From the NCBI GenBank assembly GCA_000004985.1, contig GG738876.1: 64,000 bases of DNA; one strand, given 5' to 3'. Below the pieces are notes generated by a model that did not search any database, was not told the DNA's origin, and worked only from the letters and a program-made list of their open reading frames with translations. The stretch is from Naegleria gruberi (lineage: Eukaryota). Shown here in pieces: positions 33,601 to 44,216 of this stretch. The first letter of the stretch is position 1. Each line of letters starts with the position of its first letter. A program made the position numbers and the translations under genes.

Positions 33601-36042
33601 TGTAAGGATATCAAGCCATCCATAGAAAAGTTAATAGATGGAGATTTGGTATTTGAAGAGGTAGTAACTCTTCCTGCACTCAATCTTGAATGTGAGAACA
33701 AAGGTTTGTAATTATTATTTTATCACACTTACCTCGTTAGATATCTATGAAGAAATACCTCTTTACATTGCCAAATATTTGCTTAAGGAATTAGAATCAA
33801 ATCCAAAACCCGAGGAATATTTTGGAGATGATGAATATCGCTTCTCCTCTTGCGTATACAAATTAGAAAAATCTCTATGTTGTAAACCTGATAATTATAA
33901 TTCTTGGATCAATCTTGCAAATTCCTATTATTCAGTGCTAGAGTTTCTGTTGGATCTAGTTGATATTACAACAAATAGAACTGATGTATTATTTAGGCAA
34001 GGGATTGACAGACAACATTTGAGACTCGATAATGATGCTGATTTCGAAAAAGATTTAGATATTTTTACTCGTAGATGTTTGAATTGCTTCACAATAGCTC
34101 TCAAACTTTGCACAGTTCCAGAAGAGCAAGGTAAAATTCATGAAAAGATTGGAATGCTATTATTTTCGGTTCATGACTGTAGAAAATATTTTAAACAGTA
34201 CCTCGCTCCATTTTCAGAGTCTAGAATTTCTAATGAATGTTTTGATCATCTTCAAAAGGCTTATGACCATGACAAAAAGAATCATCATCTTCTGTTCTTT
34301 ATGGCCAGAATCAGACACAAGATGGACGCCCCAAGTGTAGAATATATGAATCTTTATCTTAAATCCTTAAAGATGAAGAGCAATGAAGACACATGGTTCT
34401 ATTTTAATAGTGGTAGATTTGGAATATTGGATAGAAAAGAGCAAATAGATGTAAGTAGTATTGCCTTTCAGTGCTTGACATTATTGTAATAGGATCGTAT
34501 CTTTAATGAGTCATATTTATGTGAAATTGTAACGTTATCAAATCCTTATTATTGCACATGTCCAATTATCAATAATCTAATTACAATCAACAAAGAAAAC
34601 TTTAAACATTGGCGAGTTGTGGTTGAGTCTTACTATAATATGGTGAAACCAAATCCTAATTTATTCAAATGTGTAGGCTCTATCTCGCAATGTTTTGCAT
34701 CAGAAAATGGCCCATGGAATGATTTGACATCAGCAGAATACGTATTATCCTCAGTTATTAAAAAGAGAATTAATAAGACATCTCCCCCAACCATTGAATT
34801 AGATGTTCCTTCTCCCATGTAAGTTTCAAAAACTCTAAATATTTAATTAACAAAACCAGCAAAGAGAAAAAACGATTTCACAGAGAAGGAAAATTATTTG
34901 TGGTCAAATCTTTCCTGGAAGTTGTCACTCGTAAAATGGCCATGGATAGCTTTATGGATTTGATTCATTGGATGATTCACGAGCTTTTAGAGAAAGACAA
35001 ACATCTCTCTATTTGCTTCCCAGACATTCTTTCCAATGCAATTAATGTGCTTTTTACACTAATAGAAGAAAAACCATCTGAAAATCATCTCAAATACGCT
35101 ATTCCACTATACTTTGCAATTTCTAAAGTCAGAAAGAACAAGTCGTCTTTGAACAATAATCAGAACCTTATCGAACACAAAATTAGAATCAGAGAATATC
35201 TTTCCAAACATCCATCTACTTCCAGTTGCGTAGTCACAGAGAAGGGTACAAAGAAAAATCTTAATGCTCTGTATCAAAAGGAATACTTTGTGGACCTTGT
35301 TAAATTCAAAAATATTGAAAGAGAAGAACCTAAAGAAAAGAAAAAGGATAAAGAGAAGAAGGATAAGAAGGATAAGAAAGATAAGAAAGAGAAAAAGAGT
35401 GAAAAGAAGGATAAAAAGGATAAGGAAAATAAGGAAAAGAAGGATAAAAAGGAAAAGAAGAAAGATAAATCCGAAAAGAAGGAAAAGACTGAATCCAAAG
35501 ATAAAAAAACTGACAAGAAGGAAAAGAAGGAAAAAAAAGAAAAGACAGAAGTGAAGAAAAAGAAAGAAACTAAAAGTACAGAGCCACTTTTATCTGCACC
35601 AACCGAAACAAAACGAAGAAAAAAGCAACCTCCAACTCCATCAAAACCAATTCAATCCTCATCTTCAGAAAACACTATCCCACCAAGCACACTCGCTCAA
35701 ATCATTGAAAATCCTATTTTACAATCAGTGGCCACTGACCTTCTACCACTTGTTGGTAATCCTGCCCTCAACCTAACTCCTGAGAAGAAATCTCCTTCAA
35801 AGAAAATATCGAGCTCGCCATCCAAACAAGCCAACAATACCAAATCACCAAAAAAAGAATTCATCTTCCACAACTACACTCCTGCTCAACCACCAACCAT
35901 TATTGCACCACCAACTCAATCAAAAACCAGTTTACAACAACTGGTCACTTCAATGGCTCCTACTGAATTCACTCCCCCAAGAACACCCCAAAAACCAACT
36001 GCAACTACAGAGCCAGAAGTAATTTTAATAGATGATGAATAA
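30667..36042 (+). CDS. Cabin1/Hir3-like TPR protein (putative HIRA histone-chaperone complex subunit), ~1689 aa, 7 exons: 30667..31928, 31969..32565, 32599..33209, 33281..33703, 33741..34450, 34511..34818, 34884..36042. Acidic N-terminus, TPR repeats, a Lys/Asp/Glu-rich tract and a Ser/Pro-rich C-terminus.
   Basis: Seven consecutive same-strand ORFs join in frame through GTAAGT or GTTTGT donors and AG acceptors. Every exon length agrees with the phase carried over from the previous exon. The TPR segment LKNLGAIFLAKKNYSDASISLAKALTIEDKDTSLWYDYGVACFKNN...LEKTIILNPNHYPAFNLLLELSYIVGDIEGC resembles the N-terminal TPRs of CABIN1 as recalled from memory. Several inferred introns are extremely short (40, 33, 71, 37, 60 and 65 bp). 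Confidence 0.55.
35330..35560 (+). repeat. Imperfect AAG/GAT-rich coding microsatellite encoding a (K/D/E)n tract inside the Cabin1-like gene
   Basis: AAGGATAAGAAGGATAAGAAAGATAAGAAAGAGAAAAAGAG... is translated as KDKEKKDKKDKKDKKEKKSEKKDKKDKENKEKKDKKEKKKDK. The antisense ORFs at 35264..35554 and 35274..35516 are artefacts of this repeat. Confidence 0.8.
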
Positions 36043-36148
36043 ACTCCTGTATGTTTTATTCATCCGCAGAAACTCCACATTCTCCTACTGGGAGACGCCT
36101 AATATTATTATTGGTGATCACTTTGAAAATTGAGTTAAGTAAAAAAAA

Positions 36149-37868
36149 ATGAAAAGGGTAATCATCTCTACTCTTGCCATCATTCTCTCCGTGATGATGA
36201 TGTTGCAAGTTTCCATGGCTAACAAACTCACAAAGGAACAAATTAAAAAATCCGTCTTTATGAGAGGAAGAACATTAAATGATGAATATGGATATTTGAA
36301 TAGAATGGCCTCTCATCCAGTCTTTGCTTCCATGCCAATCAGTGTTGAAGGAAAGGGTCCAATTAAATCGGAACAAGAAAATCCATTTGTTAATAGTGGT
36401 TTTTTCACTGTCAACAAGACTGTTGGAGGACAAATGTACTATGCTTTCTTTGAAGCTCAAGTAAGTTGTTGACAATGTACTAAATTGACAAGTTCTGTTT
36501 AATAATTGACAATGACAGGATGGTAATCAAAATGCTCCAATTATTTTGTGGCTCCAAGGTGGTCCAGGTTGTAGCTCTTGTACTGTAAGTTATTGACATT
36601 GTCCTAGTTTGATTCGAGCTCTACACTTTCTTTGACATTTTTTTATTTTGTTCAAATTTTAATAGGGTATGCTTATCGAAATGGGTCCATATCGTATTAA
36701 TAAGAAGACTCTTGAACTCTATCCAAATGAATATACTTGGAATAAGCATTATCACTTGTTGTTCGTTGATAATCCTCTTGGAGCTGGTTTCTCACACATG
36801 GCCAATCCAAATGGTTACATTCACAATGAAGAACAAATGGCTAATGAATTATATTCTCTCTTGATTCAATTTATGGCCAAGTACAACCAATATTCTAAGA
36901 ATCCATTCTATGTCTTTGGTGAAAGTTATGCCGGAAAGTATGTTCCATCTATCAGTTACAAGATTGCCAATGAAGGTTTTGCCATTAATCTTAAGGGATT
37001 CGGTATTGGAGATGGTTTGACTCATCCTCTCGTATGTTTTCTATTTGTAATTTGAATTTTAACATTATTTTGTAATAGATTCAAATGGCCAGTTATGATG
37101 AATATGCCTATTCTTTGGGACTTGTTGATCTCAAGCAAAGATCCTACATTCAAGGACTCCAAAAGGAAGTTGAATCATTGATCATGCAACAAAAGTGGTT
37201 CGATGCTACCTCTACATGGGATAAGATCATGTCTGCCCTGAATAACTACACTGGAGGTGTCAATGTTTATGATGTCAGAGAATATGGAGATTATAACTTT
37301 GATTATTACCTTGCCTTCTTGAACTTGCCAAAGACTAAGGAATTGATGCACACTGTTGGTATCACATACAATGATTGTGATGCTCAAGCTTACTCTGCTT
37401 TATATGCTGACATGTCAAAGTCTGTTCAATATAAGGTTGAAAGTTTATTGGATAGAGGTGTCAGAGGTATCTTATATAATGGACAAGTTGATCTTATCAT
37501 CAATATGGTTCAAACCAAAGTAAGTTTGATATATCATCCAAGTTGAATTTTAACAATTCCTTATTAATTTTTATGAATTTTAAATAATTCCTTAATAATT
37601 TCCCCTAAAAACAGTGGATTGAAGAAATGAAATGGAAATATGCCAATCAATTCTATAACGCTCCAAGAAAGCAATGGACTATTAATAATAATATTGTTGG
37701 TTATGTCAAGCAATACCAAAATTTATATAAGGGTAAGTTTAATTTCAATTAAGTTTTAATATTAACACAATAATAGTTCAAGTCAACCTTGCTGGTCACT
37801 TGAGTCCAATGGATCAACCAGCCAACTTGTTGGATATGGTTACTCGTTTCATTAACAACCAACTTTAA
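36149..37868 (+). CDS. Serine carboxypeptidase, peptidase family S10 (464 aa), with signal peptide. 6 exons: 36149..36460, 36519..36584, 36666..37031, 37079..37519, 37615..37732, 37777..37868.
   Basis: Signal peptide MKRVIISTLAIILSVMMMLQVSMA. S10 motifs are spread across the exons: GFFTVNKTVGGQMYYAFFEAQ, LWLQGGPGCSS, GESYAGKYVP (catalytic Ser) and NLAGHLSPMDQP (catalytic His). All junctions are phase-consistent with GTAAGT or GTATGT donors. Introns are 58, 81, 47, 95 and 44 bp. Confidence 0.85.
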
Positions 37869-38098
37869 TTTATTTTGAATAAATTTAAATTATTATTTTA
37901 AAGGTCTGACATATTTTATTAATAACACCATAACTGGTAATCCAGTGGGGATCATGTAATTATTAATAATATTAAATTATTCGTCGAATTCAAAGTTTTC
38001 TTTTTTTAAATTTTAATGTAAAACTTGAGCTAATATTTAATCAATTTAAAACACAAAATTATTAACAAGTTCAAGTTTTGTAAATTATTTTGTAAAAA

Positions 38099-38749
38099 AT
38101 GTCTCAACATCATGAAAAACGAAAAGCATTCATGTTTGTTAGATATCCGGAAGCATCAGGTCCCAAATCAATAATGAAACATCTTGGATCATTCTTTATT
38201 TTTCATTATTCGTATGACATTTCCGATTTGTTAAAAGAATCGTTTAGTCTAGTGGTTATTCCTGGAGGAACTGCCAAAAAACAAGCAAAAGACTTGGGCT
38301 CTGAAGGTTTGGCCATCATTAAAAAGTTTGTTTCTGATGGTGGTTCTTATCTGGGAATTTGTGCTGGAGGATATCTGGCATGTTTTTCAGAGTTGAAATT
38401 ATTGGAAAATGTCGAGTTTATTCTTCCAAAAAAGAAGAGTAATTTCAAAGGAAATATAAAAGTGAGCTTGAGTAAGCAAACAGAAGACAGCATGGAGAAT
38501 AGTGAGGCAACAGTTTACTATCAAAATGGACCAGTTTTCAATGTTGGAAATGATTCGAATATTTCCATTCTTGCGACAATTGTAGAGAGTGGTGAAATTG
38601 AGTGGCCAGACATGATTGGAAAACCATGTGTAGTCTATGGTAGATCTGGTAGGGGAAAAGTCTTACTAATGGGTCCTCACTTTGAAACATCTAAAGGTAC
38701 TTCTCAATTGTTTGTAACCTTTGCAAACAAACTGATTGATGAAACTTAA
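38099..38749 (+). CDS. Class I glutamine-amidotransferase-like protein resembling the BPL_N domain of eukaryotic biotin-protein ligases (216 aa, stand-alone)
   Basis: LVVIPGGTAKKQAKDLGSEGLAIIKKFVSDGGSYLGICAGGYLAC matches the GGsYlGiCAG pattern of the BPL_N / DJ-1-like fold. True ATG start. Confidence 0.5.
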   Translation: MSQHHEKRKAFMFVRYPEASGPKSIMKHLGSFFIFHYSYDISDLLKESFSLVVIPGGTAKKQAKDLGSEGLAIIKKFVSDGGSYLGICAGGYLACFSELKLLENVEFILPKKKSNFKGNIKVSLSKQTEDSMENSEATVYYQNGPVFNVGNDSNISILATIVESGEIEWPDMIGKPCVVYGRSGRGKVLLMGPHFETSKGTSQLFVTFANKLIDET

Positions 38750-39005
38750 AGATATAATTGAATAGCTAAACTCATGTCCCATCCGATTTAAATTAAAAAT
38801 TAGCTAATAGTTCGTTCTTAAAAATTCTAAATGCATTAATTTAAAAAAAAATAAAAAAAAAAATATTTTTAACAATTTTTTTAAAAAATAAAATTTAACA
38901 CAATATTTAAATAAATAAGATAGAATTAACGTATATTAATTCTTGATATTTTGTACAGGTGTAATGATAAATTAAGAAAAATGGGAAAAGGGGAAAATTG
39001 GGAAA

Positions 39006-40175
39006 TTAGAAGTTTGGTCTAATCTTCTTGATAGCTCTGGCACAACCTTGTTCATCATATTCCTTCTTTGTCAACCAGAAATTAGCACCACTATCCTTCA
39101 TGATTTCAGCAAGGACAGCACCACCCAAGAAGACCATGTGCTTTCTACGTGGAGGATCTTCAATCTTCAACTTGAACTTGCTCAAACCTTCTTCGTTACC
39201 TCTGAGAATATTCTTCAAATAGAGATCAGTAATTTCCTTTTCCAAACGAGATGGGAGACCAGGATACATAGTAGTACCACCAGACAAGACAATGTGTGAG
39301 TAAAAGTCAGTACGCAAGTCAATATCAGCCTTGTTAATAGTTTCGAACACTTGCAAGTGCATACCACCTTCTTCTTTATCACTGAGAGCAGGATTGAAAA
39401 GACATTCTGGAGCTTGGAAACGTTCAGCACCAATCTTAATAACTCTACCATCAGGCAAAGTATATTTCTTCATAAGAACAGTAGTTTCCAAAGCAAGCTT
39501 ATTTTCCAAAGCCATATCATAACCAACATAACAATACTTTTCCTTGATTTGACGAACTGTTTCAAAGTCAGCAGTTCTGTTGAATGAATAACCACGCATC
39601 AACAAGAGTTTGATTAAGTGGTCGGTAACATCTCTACCAGCCAAATTCAATCTCTTGACTAAATGTTCCAAACTGAAACCATCATAGACAGGAACTGTGT
39701 GAGTGACACCATCACCAGAGTCAACAACGACACCAGTGACGAGACCTTGAGCGTACAAAGTCAAGACAGCTTGAATAGAAATGTACAATCCTTGGAATCC
39801 GTAATGTTCAAACATGGTTTCAACAACCTTCTTTGTCTTTTCTTTTGGATTCATAGGTGGTTCAGTCAAGAGGATTTGACTGTCCTTTGGGTCAACCTTT
39901 AAACGATCCCAAGTATAATCCCACAAGTGGATCATGTCTTCAAAGTTAGTAACAATACCATTGGTCAATGGATAGGAGACTTCAAGAGCAGCTCTGAGCT
40001 TTGCACATTCATCACCGACCATAATATCCTTCAATTCAACATCTCCAATAGATTCTTCGGCACGCAAGAGTGGACGACCAACCATAGCTGGGAAAGTAGC
40101 CTTTGGGAAGTTATCACCAGCAAAACCACACTTAACGAAACCAGTACCGTTATCGCAAACTACAGTTTTAACCAT
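39006..40175 (-). CDS. ARP2: Actin-related protein 2 (Arp2), Arp2/3 complex subunit (389 aa, single exon)
   Basis: Near full-length identity pattern with Arp2: [86 protein letters not shown]. Confidence 0.95.
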   Translation of the reverse strand: MVKTVVCDNGTGFVKCGFAGDNFPKATFPAMVGRPLLRAEESIGDVELKDIMVGDECAKLRAALEVSYPLTNGIVTNFEDMIHLWDYTWDRLKVDPKDSQILLTEPPMNPKEKTKKVVETMFEHYGFQGLYISIQAVLTLYAQGLVTGVVVDSGDGVTHTVPVYDGFSLEHLVKRLNLAGRDVTDHLIKLLLMRGYSFNRTADFETVRQIKEKYCYVGYDMALENKLALETTVLMKKYTLPDGRVIKIGAERFQAPECLFNPALSDKEEGGMHLQVFETINKADIDLRTDFYSHIVLSGGTTMYPGLPSRLEKEITDLYLKNILRGNEEGLSKFKLKIEDPPRRKHMVFLGGAVLAEIMKDSGANFWLTKKEYDEQGCARAIKKIRPNF

Positions 40176-40541
40176 TTTAAATAAATTTGTTGTTGTTGAT
40201 GATGATGATCAAATAATTTAAAAATCTTTTAAAGAGGAAAGGCTTATCAGTTTCACGTGAAAACGGGGAAGGGTAAGACTAGCCACTTAATTTTTTTTTG
40301 ATGATTTTTTTACAAAGCTGCTGTGTGATGACTTGTTGATAGGTGAATGCTGGATTTAACAGCAGGAGAAGAATAACTTGAAAGACATCAACCACTGAAT
40401 TCATTGGTGATGTTGATAAAAAACATACCAAATCATTATTCATTGAACAGGCAAGAAAATCTTCAATCCATGACTTGTATCTACTTTAGTGTGTTATTGT
40501 TCGGAAGCGATGGTTCAAATTAATTGTTATTGTTTTAATAT

Positions 40542-42006
40542 CTAATTGTTAATACTGTCAAGATTAGTTGAAGGTAAGCCACTGTCTGTGTATGCTCTAA
40601 CAAGAATCCTTTCAATTTCACTAATTTGTTCTGGTAGAGTATCAATGTCTCCATATTGGTGTGTTTCTGGGATTGTCTTCTTTGTACAATAGAAAATGTC
40701 GTCAGTTTTGTATGTGTGAATATCTACATCCAAATCATATCTTTCTTTGGCCAAATCGTCAAAAGATTTGATTGACTAATTGATTTGCTTTAGCTGAGAC
40801 GTTATCTTAATGGTACTTACTTTTTGGTTAAATTTGTTTCCTGCAACGAACAATTTGGATAATACTTCATTCTTACTGGCAAGTGTCTTGGCAAGAAAAG
40901 TCAAACTATCATCTCCAATATTATTTCCAGAAAGATCCAGATAGGTCAGTGTTTTGTTCTTGATTAAGCACTTTGCAATTTGAATACCTCCATCACTATC
41001 AATTCTATTTGCAGATAAATCCAACAGTTGAATAGCACAATTTGGATTTTCCAAATATTTAGCAATAACATCAACACTCATTGTAATACAATTTGCTCCT
41101 AACCTTAAATGAGTGAGTGTTCTGCACAATTTAATTCCTTGGAAAAATGTATTGATACCAGAATCAGATATGGATTGGAAACTCAAATCTAATGATCTTA
41201 TAACGGTATTAACTCTAAAAATTTCTGCCAAGTGTTGCAGACTTTCCTCTTTTTTTGAATTACAAAGTGTTTTTCCAATTCTCAATTCTTGAAGGGAAGG
41301 ATGATGACGAACAGAAATGGCTAATTTAATAACTGAAGATGTTTTCAGATCACAACTGCTCAAATTCAAAAATTTTAAAGTAATATTTTCTTCCAACATG
41401 TCGGCCATTTTCATTCCTCCCTTATCCTCAATAGCATTGTAACTAAAATCAAATGATAATAAATTTCTATTTTCTTTTAGAGAATCTGCAATATCAGAGG
41501 CTCCTCTTTCTGAAATGGAATTTGATCTGAGAGACAAATGCTGAATTGAGCTATTAATCTTTAACATTCTTGCTATTGAGTTTGCTCCACTATCTCCAAT
41601 ATTATTATAAGATAAATCACAACTGACAATAAATCCTGTATGTAAAATTTCCAAAGTATCACAAATTGGGAAAATATCCAGATTGTGTAATCTCTTTTCA
41701 AACATTGAAACACAATTTCCATTCAATATTAAATGTCTCATTTCCTTTCTATTATTTCATTGACCCAACTCTTTAAACCAAATGAAACAGACAGAAAACA
41801 TACCCTTTCTCTTTTACTGCATTATATTCCTTAAGAAGTCTTGTTACAGGTGTAGATATCGAGTAATCGGAACACTTTTGGAGATATAATTCAAGAAAAT
41901 CAGAAGGATAGGATGCATACTCCTTTGCTGATGAGGCTTCCGACAAAGCAGCAGGTGTTGCTGTAACAGTTCTATCAAGATTAGTTGCTGGTTCTTCGTA
42001 AGACAT
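40542..42006 (-). CDS. Ribonuclease-inhibitor-like leucine-rich repeat protein (~453 aa), 3 exons on the minus strand: 41804..42006, 40821..41748, 40542..40775
   Basis: Central ORF with about ten RNI-type LRRs (LxxLxLxxNxIgdxG). The 5' exon (MSYEEPATNL...KEKG) joins via GTATGT...AATAG (55-bp intron) to KEMRHLILNG. The 3' exon joins via GTAAGT...AATTAG (45-bp intron) and stays in frame as SIKSFDDLAKERYD... Confidence 0.6.
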
Positions 42007-42262
42007 TTTTTATTTTTGTTGTTTGATTAATCGTAGATGACAACGATTTGTTTGAGCGGGTTTTCTTCAATTATTTAATCAAATAAGAGATTATTCAATC
42101 CTGTTTAATATTTAATAATAATTTAACGAAATAATAAAGTTTATAAAGGTTTTACGTGCATTGTGCACATAGTGCCACATTTCATTTCTCGCGATAGTGT
42201 GGCATTAGATTGTTTAATTCCTTCTCGTCTATCTTACCACAGATACCTACACCTTCTCTGAT

Positions 42263-42823
42263 TTATTCATTGTCCACAATTTCAACATCATCATCCTCCG
42301 ATTGCTTTCTCTTTGTTGATTTCTTGGAAGTATTTTGTAATTTCAATTCGGTATCCAACATGGCTTGGTTTTCTCTGAGAGCAGCCATTTCTTGAGAACG
42401 TTTAGCAGAAACTGGAGCATAGATCAAATCAATATTAGTCTTCAACTCTCTAGCAATTTGCATCTTTCTAACCTTGAGAGATGGAACCATTCTCTTGAAG
42501 TAGTAGGCTCTTTGTCTTTGTTCTTGAATTTCGTTGACTCTCTTGATAGAGTGGATAGTCTTGGCGTAGAGTTCTCTGTCGTATTTGACTGGAACGTTTC
42601 TCTTCTTTTCAAATTCAAAAGTATTATCAACAGACAATTCCTTGCCGTTCTTTCTACGGTAGGCCTTTGTCCATCTCAATCTGTTAGGATTAACTCTACG
42701 TTCAAAGAGTTTTCTGGCCTTCTTGGAGGAGAATCTAAAGACTTTACCATCGTTTCTGACAAAGGTGATACCATGTCCAGGATACATTGGTGCACCTGAT
42801 ACGGAACATTGCTCAATACGCAT
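42263..42823 (-). CDS. RLP24: Ribosome biogenesis protein RLP24 (ribosomal L24e-domain protein), 186 aa
   Basis: MRIEQCSVSGAPMYPGHGITFVRNDGKVFRFSSKKARKLFERRVNPNRLRWTKAYRRKNGKELSVDNTFEFEKKRNVPVKYDRELYAKTI is co-linear with RLP24 (TRASH/L24e zinc-ribbon N-terminus). Confidence 0.9.
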   Translation of the reverse strand: MRIEQCSVSGAPMYPGHGITFVRNDGKVFRFSSKKARKLFERRVNPNRLRWTKAYRRKNGKELSVDNTFEFEKKRNVPVKYDRELYAKTIHSIKRVNEIQEQRQRAYYFKRMVPSLKVRKMQIARELKTNIDLIYAPVSAKRSQEMAALRENQAMLDTELKLQNTSKKSTKRKQSEDDDVEIVDNE

Positions 42824-43280
42824 TTTGAAAAATTTATGAAGGGTTTTTGTGGAGAAGAAGTTGTGGAATTTTTTTCAAGTCAAAATTTTTGAACACCACA
42901 CAATAAAAATAGAGCTGAAGTAAAATTCGGTTTGATGATGAATAATTATTTTGAATATTTAAAATCAATGTATTGTTGATAGTTATCCAATAATCAATAT
43001 ACCTTACGGAATGTACCATCAAACACCAACTTGAAATTGTAATATTGTTGAAATATGTTCCATCTACAAATGCCATAATACGTTAAAATTTCGTCATCTT
43101 GAATGAAGGAAGTATGATGAACTGTGCTAATTGCAGCTAAAAATAAAACAACCAATAAAATTCAGCATAAATACCCAGAAATTTCAAGGAAACAATTTTC
43201 AACACACAAATAAAAAGCAAAACAACAACAATACTGCATTGTATTGAAAAGAAATTATTATACTGATCTAACTGATACAA

Positions 43281-43931
43281 ATGGCTATTACTTATGCTCT
43301 TGTTGCCGAAGGTTCTATTAAGAGTACCACTGAAAGAAACTATCAAGTTTCAGTTGTTGCCGAAACTTCTCGTCAAAAGACATTGAGAAGGGTCATTGAA
43401 GAGAAGGTCATTCCAAGAATGATGGATAAGCAAGCCATCTCTTCCTATGACAAGTTACTTTTAACTCATGAAATGTTTACCTTCTTCATTAAGAGAGAAC
43501 GTTCAAGCTTGGGTGATGTTTTCCATGTTGTGATTTCAACTCATGAAGGAAAACAAAGAATTTGTTGGAAGATGATTGACTCAATGTCCCATGAATATCA
43601 TACTGATAAGAAGAAGATGAATTTAACTAAATTATTGGAATTCCACAATAATCCAGAAAATGACAAGATTACCAAATTGCAAAATGCAATTGAAGAAACA
43701 AAGAATGTCATGATTGTAAATATTGATAAGATTTTGGATAATCACAAAAAGATGCATGAAATTATTGTTGAAACTGATTCTCTCAAAGAGCAAGGTGAAC
43801 TATTCGAAAAGGGTAGTAAAAAGTTAAAGTGGGCCATGGTCAAAAGATGGATTTATTTAACTGGTGCTGCTATTGCTACTGGTGCTATTTCAATTGGTAC
43901 AATTGCCTTAATTCTGGTCATTGCATTGTAA
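43281..43931 (+). CDS. Longin-domain SNARE (VAMP7/Sec22-like), tail-anchored, 216 aa
   Basis: N-terminal longin-like profile, a SNARE heptad segment KITKLQNAIEETKNVMIVNIDKILDNHKKMHEIIVETDSLKEQGELFEKGSKKLKW, then a C-terminal TM AISIGTIALILVIAL. The expected zero-layer Arg appears to be replaced by N/H. Confidence 0.6.
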   Translation: MAITYALVAEGSIKSTTERNYQVSVVAETSRQKTLRRVIEEKVIPRMMDKQAISSYDKLLLTHEMFTFFIKRERSSLGDVFHVVISTHEGKQRICWKMIDSMSHEYHTDKKKMNLTKLLEFHNNPENDKITKLQNAIEETKNVMIVNIDKILDNHKKMHEIIVETDSLKEQGELFEKGSKKLKWAMVKRWIYLTGAAIATGAISIGTIALILVIAL

Positions 43932-44216
43932 TGAAAAAGAATGTTGAAAAAACAAAACGAAACACCTAGGATTGAATCTAAGCAGCTAACAGCTATTCGA
44001 AATTTTGAACGAAAATGTAAATAAACACAGAGAATTATACAAGATTTTAAAAGGGTTATGACATTATTCATCTCTTCATTAAATTGCAGACTGTAAACAT
44101 GATTTTTATAAAACTGTTGTACAACATTCAAAAAAAGATCTTTGTGGATCTAACAAACCATTACCTTTCATCTTTGTAAGGGGCTTTAAATTTCATCAAT
44201 CATCAACAACTAAAAA

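Noticed and set aside
35264-35554. ORFs 35264..35554(+) and 35274..35516(-) encoding Arg/Lys or Phe/Ser repeats
   Set aside because: They are frame artefacts of the AAG/GAT microsatellite inside exon 7 of the Cabin1-like gene.
42170-42240. Hairpin-forming palindromes (GTGCAttgTGCAC; TGCCAC...GTGGCA) between the LRR gene and RLP24
   Set aside because: These are short stems (5-6 bp) in a UTR or intergenic spacer and are likely fortuitous or ordinary UTR structure. There is no evidence of a functional element.
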